Source: Octopus sinensis
Taxonomy: Eukaryota
Reading direction: 5' to 3'
Assembly: GCF_006345805.1 (NCBI RefSeq)
Contig: NW_021827460.1
Span: 1-10,125 of the forward strand
Length of the DNA stretch: 10,125 nucleotides
Made by a program: the position numbers and the translations under genes. The notes beneath the pieces are model-generated. The model was not told where the DNA came from, ran no database searches, and saw nothing but the letters and a program-made list of their open reading frames with translations. How positions within the stretch are numbered: the first letter of the stretch is position 1; the number at the start of each line of letters is the position of its first letter. This document shows positions 6,391 through 10,125 of the stretch, piece by piece.

Positions 6391-6912
6391 TACGTTCTGA
6401 GTTCAAATTCCGTCGAGGTCGACTTTGCCTTTCATCCTTTCGGGGTCGATAAATTAAGTACCATTTACGCACCGAGGTCGATGTAATCGACTTAATACGT
6501 TTGTCTGTCCTTGTTTGTCCCCTCTTTGTTAAGCCCCTTGTGGGTAGTAAAGAAATGGGTATTTCGTCTGCCGTTAAGTTCCGAGTTCAAATTCCGTCGA
6601 GGTCGACTTTGCCTTTTATCCTTTCGGGGTCGATAAATAAAGTACCAGTCACGAACTGGGGTCGATATAACCGACTTAATCCGTTTGTCTGTCCTTGTTT
6701 ATCCCCTCTGTGTTTATCCCCTTGTGGGTAGTAAAGAAATGGGTATTTCGTCTGTCGCTACGTTCTGACTTCAAATTCCTCCGAGGTTAGCTTTGCCTTT
6801 CATCCTTTCGAGGTCGATAAATTAAGTACCAGTTATGTACTGGGGTCTATGTAATCGAATGCCCCCTCCCTCCCCAAAAATTTCGGGCCTTGTGCCTAGA
6901 ATAAAAAAGAAT
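6391..6912 (+). repeat. 184-bp SINE-derived tandem array (2 full units plus a terminal unit with a different tail)
   Basis: Units start at 6391, 6575 and 6759; units 1 and 2 are about 90% identical. Each unit has a B-box-like (G/C)TTCAAATTC but no A box, then ggtcgactttgcctttcatcctttcggggtcgataaattaagtacc, which resembles a conserved metazoan SINE central domain (Nin-like; from memory). Confidence 0.85.
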
Positions 6913-6985
6913 GTAGATGTTTCTAACATCCTCACTGATATTTAGTGACGCTTTTAGTTTTCCATTTTGGTAAAACATTGCTTAC

Positions 6986-7040
6986 CTTCCCCGTTTACAT
7001 AAAATGAGAGATACGTGGTTCTGGTGAGTTCTACTCTTTT
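6986..7040 (-). other. Candidate isolated 55-nt internal exon
   Basis: Minus strand atttgcttgcAG|...55 nt...AAG|GTAAGC. Two frames are open, one reading KRVELTRTTYLSFYVNGE. It lies in one of the few non-repetitive islands. No homology recognised. Confidence 0.25.
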
Positions 7041-7096
7041 CTGCAAGCAAATATTGTACCCCGACTTTTAATACATATTTTGTATATTTGAATTGT

Positions 7097-7349
7097 GGAG
7101 GCACATGGCCGAGCGGTTACAGCAGCAGATTTGCGATCGAGGGACCGCGCTTTCAAATCTCAGTCCTGGCGATGTTTGTATCTATGCTCCACGCGTCTCC
7201 GGTAGAAGGTAATGGCGAACTTCTGCTGACTCTTTCGCCATATCTTTTTCTCATTCTTTCCTCCTGCATCTTGCAGCTCACCTGCGGCGGTCTGGCGTCC
7301 CATCCAGGTGGGGAACCTATACGCCAAGGAAACCGGGAAATCAAACCTT

Positions 7350-7352
<3 letters not shown>
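7097..7352 (+). mobile_element. tRNA-derived SINE (type C) with a V/Meta-domain-like 3' motif, running into (GAT)n
   Basis: A box TGGCCGAGCGG (7106-7116) and degenerate B box TTTCAAATC (7151-7159). cctgcggcggtctggcgtcccatccagg resembles the conserved ctgcgatggactggcgtcccatccagg motif of V/Meta-type SINEs (from memory). Confidence 0.7.
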
Positions 7353-7380
<28 letters not shown>

Positions 7381-7583
7381 CGATGATGTTGATGACGACG
7401 ATGATGATGATGATGATGATGAGGATGATGATGATGATGATGATGATGACGATGATGATGATGATGACGATGATGATGATGATGACGACGATGATGTAGA
7501 TGAGTATGATGATGATGATGATGATGATGTTGATGATGATGATGATGATGATGATGGTGCTGCTGCTGATGATGATGATGATT

Positions 7584-7617
<34 letters not shown>

Positions 7618-7738
7618 CGACGACGATGGTGATGATGATAACGACGACGACGACGACAATGATGATGACGTTGCTGATTGCCATCAACATCATCATCATC
7701 GTCAATATTATTATTATTAATAATATTATTATTATTAT

Positions 7739-7773
<35 letters not shown>

Positions 7774-7800
7774 TTGTTATCATTATTATTATTATCATCA

Positions 7801-7837
<37 letters not shown>

Positions 7838-7950
7838 CGTCATGGTGGTAGTGGTGGTGCTAGTGGTAGTGGTAGAGAAGTTAGCCCTGGTGGTGGTGGT
7901 GGTTGTGGTTGTGGAGCTGCTGCTGGTGGTGCCGGTAGTGGTGGTGGTTT
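7350..7950. repeat. Compound trinucleotide array: (GAT)n, short (CAT)n, (ATT)n, (AGT)n, (ATT)n, (GGT)n
   Basis: Visible successive triplet runs; source of the poly-Asp ORF 7088..7720. Confidence 0.95.
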
Positions 7951-8024
7951 CGGCTCTAGCGATATACCTGTCAGCCCTCATTAGTCTTATTACAAAACCA
8001 AAGTCTTTAAACTAAATATGAAAT

Positions 8025-8340
8025 CTCGCCCTCTCCTCTCCTCCCACGACCACCACCACCACAACTACCACGCATACCCTCCCCTTCGTAACCCCCCTTT
8101 TAAACCTATCCACTTTCTCTCCCTCCTACTGCTCTCTTCATTCACTCCTTCTCCCTCTAATCTCCATACTCTGCCCTCACCTCCTCTGCCTCTTCCATCT
8201 CTGCCCACCCCTCTCGCGTCCATTTAACCTTCATCATTATTTCGCTCTGCCTCACCTTCTCCCTTCATCATCCCACCAGTCCGTCCTTCCCTCCCTCTGG
8301 CAGTCTCTCCTACTCCTCTCCTCTCCATCTTTCGCAATCT
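8025..8340. repeat. C/T-rich low-complexity tract
   Basis: Strong pyrimidine bias on the + strand. Confidence 0.8.
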
Positions 8341-8354
8341 TTATGTCCTTGTCT

Positions 8355-9047
<693 letters not shown>

Positions 9048-9083
9048 TTATCTCTCTGTCTGCCTGACTGTCGGCTTTGATAC

Positions 9084-9135
9084 AGATAGATATGTTTCTT
9101 TATTGACCACACAGGGCCGAAAACAGAGGGGACAA
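9084..9135. repeat. Dispersed module, copy 2; reverse-complement homologue of the 3' part of the 184-bp unit
   Basis: 31/33 to 408-440. The reverse complement of 9095-9135 matches 6515-6555 at 32/41 ungapped. Confidence 0.75.
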
Positions 9136-9204
9136 AATACAATGCAGAACTTATCTTCGAAAGAAAAAAAAACAGAGAAAATAAATTTCCGATCAAAGGA
9201 TTGT

Positions 9205-9208
9205 GTGA

Positions 9209-9240
<32 letters not shown>

Positions 9241-9243
9241 ATC

Positions 9244-9306
<63 letters not shown>

Positions 9307-9308
9307 GG

Positions 9309-9371
<63 letters not shown>

Positions 9372-9435
9372 GAAGAAGACAGACAGACAGACAGGCAGGC
9401 AGAGACAGAGAAAAACAAAGTTATTGATAGATAGA
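9205..9435. repeat. (AG)n/(AGAC)n/(AGAT)n array, opposite strand to 8355-9047
   Basis: Visible runs. Confidence 0.95.
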
Positions 9436-9540
9436 TATATACATATTATATAATATACACACTGTACACAGACACATAAATACACATATACACATATACA
9501 TACGCACGAATACACGCACACACACATCCATCTCGCTACA

Positions 9541-10022
9541 ATCTCTCCTTCCCTCTCTCCCTCTCTCCTCTCCTTCTCTATCTCTTTCTCACTCTCCCTT
9601 TCTCTCTCGTCCTTCTCTCTCTCTCTATTTCTCCCTCTCTACCCACAATTCACTTAACCGAAAGTGATTTCCGGTCAGTGATTGGCTTTTAAATAAGGAT
9701 GCACTCTCTCACCTTCCTAATCTCCCCTCCTTGCCCACTTATATCCTACCCTTCACCCTCTTCCTAACACTCTCTGTCTTAGTCTGTCTATCGGTCTCTT
9801 TCTTTCTCTTAATCTCTCTCCCTCTCTCTCTCTCTCTCTTTCTCTCTTCATAGCTCTCTCTCTCTATATATATATATATCTCGCACTCTTCCGACTTATC
9901 TCTCCCTCATCTACACCACTGAAACTACATCCCACTCAGTCTATCTTTTTCTCTCTCTCCCACCTCACTCTCACTCGCTGCCCCTCTCTCTCTCTCTGCA
10001 TATATATCTGTCTATCTATCTA

Positions 10023-10061
<39 letters not shown>

Positions 10062-10105
10062 ATCGCATAGACACACTATCCCATCGTCTATCTCTCTCAT
10101 ACTTT
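9541..10105. repeat. (CT)n-rich low-complexity tract with (TA)n/(ATCT)n inserts
   Basis: Visible runs. Confidence 0.85.
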
Positions 10106-10125
10106 CTCTTTATCTGACTACATTT

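Noticed and set aside
6391-6912. Regularly spaced repeats as a CRISPR array
   Set aside because: The whole 184-bp unit repeats, with no unique spacers, and the context is eukaryotic.
7565-7580. CTGATGA match (also CTGAAGA on the minus strand near 3450)
   Set aside because: Lies inside (GAT/CAT)n arrays, with no stem II, GAAA or stem III.
7088-7720. 210-aa ORF with a poly-Asp tract
   Set aside because: The N-terminus is the type C SINE and the rest is (GAT)n; TTG start.
9645-9700. Promoter-like cluster (ttccgg, reverse CCAAT, tttaaata) and a short hairpin
   Set aside because: Short motifs expected by chance, with no downstream gene evidence.

Overview
Repeat-saturated, non-coding animal genomic DNA. 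The tRNA-derived SINE types and the (TA)n/(ATCT)n/(ATC)n landscape look cephalopod, probably Octopus; this is inference, not a database result. No protein-coding gene can be supported: every long ORF in the track is a translation of a microsatellite or SINE. The window holds at least three tRNA-head SINE types (five copies), a 184-bp SINE-derived tandem array, an old inverted-repeat element interrupted by a SINE, many simple-repeat arrays and one weak candidate 55-nt exon. The main result is at 4800-5588: a ~477-bp tandem repeat (1.65 units) embedded in (TA)n. Each unit carries a minus-strand type I hammerhead ribozyme (complete at 5424-5471; one A short at 4948-4994) with a palindromic stem III. 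This is the architecture of a non-LTR retrozyme or Penelope-type pseudo-LTR, and double cleavage would release a ~476-nt monomer that could circularise. About 35 bp away is a near-perfect fold-back (5694-5806) whose arms each contain the 3' half of a second, unrelated hammerhead.
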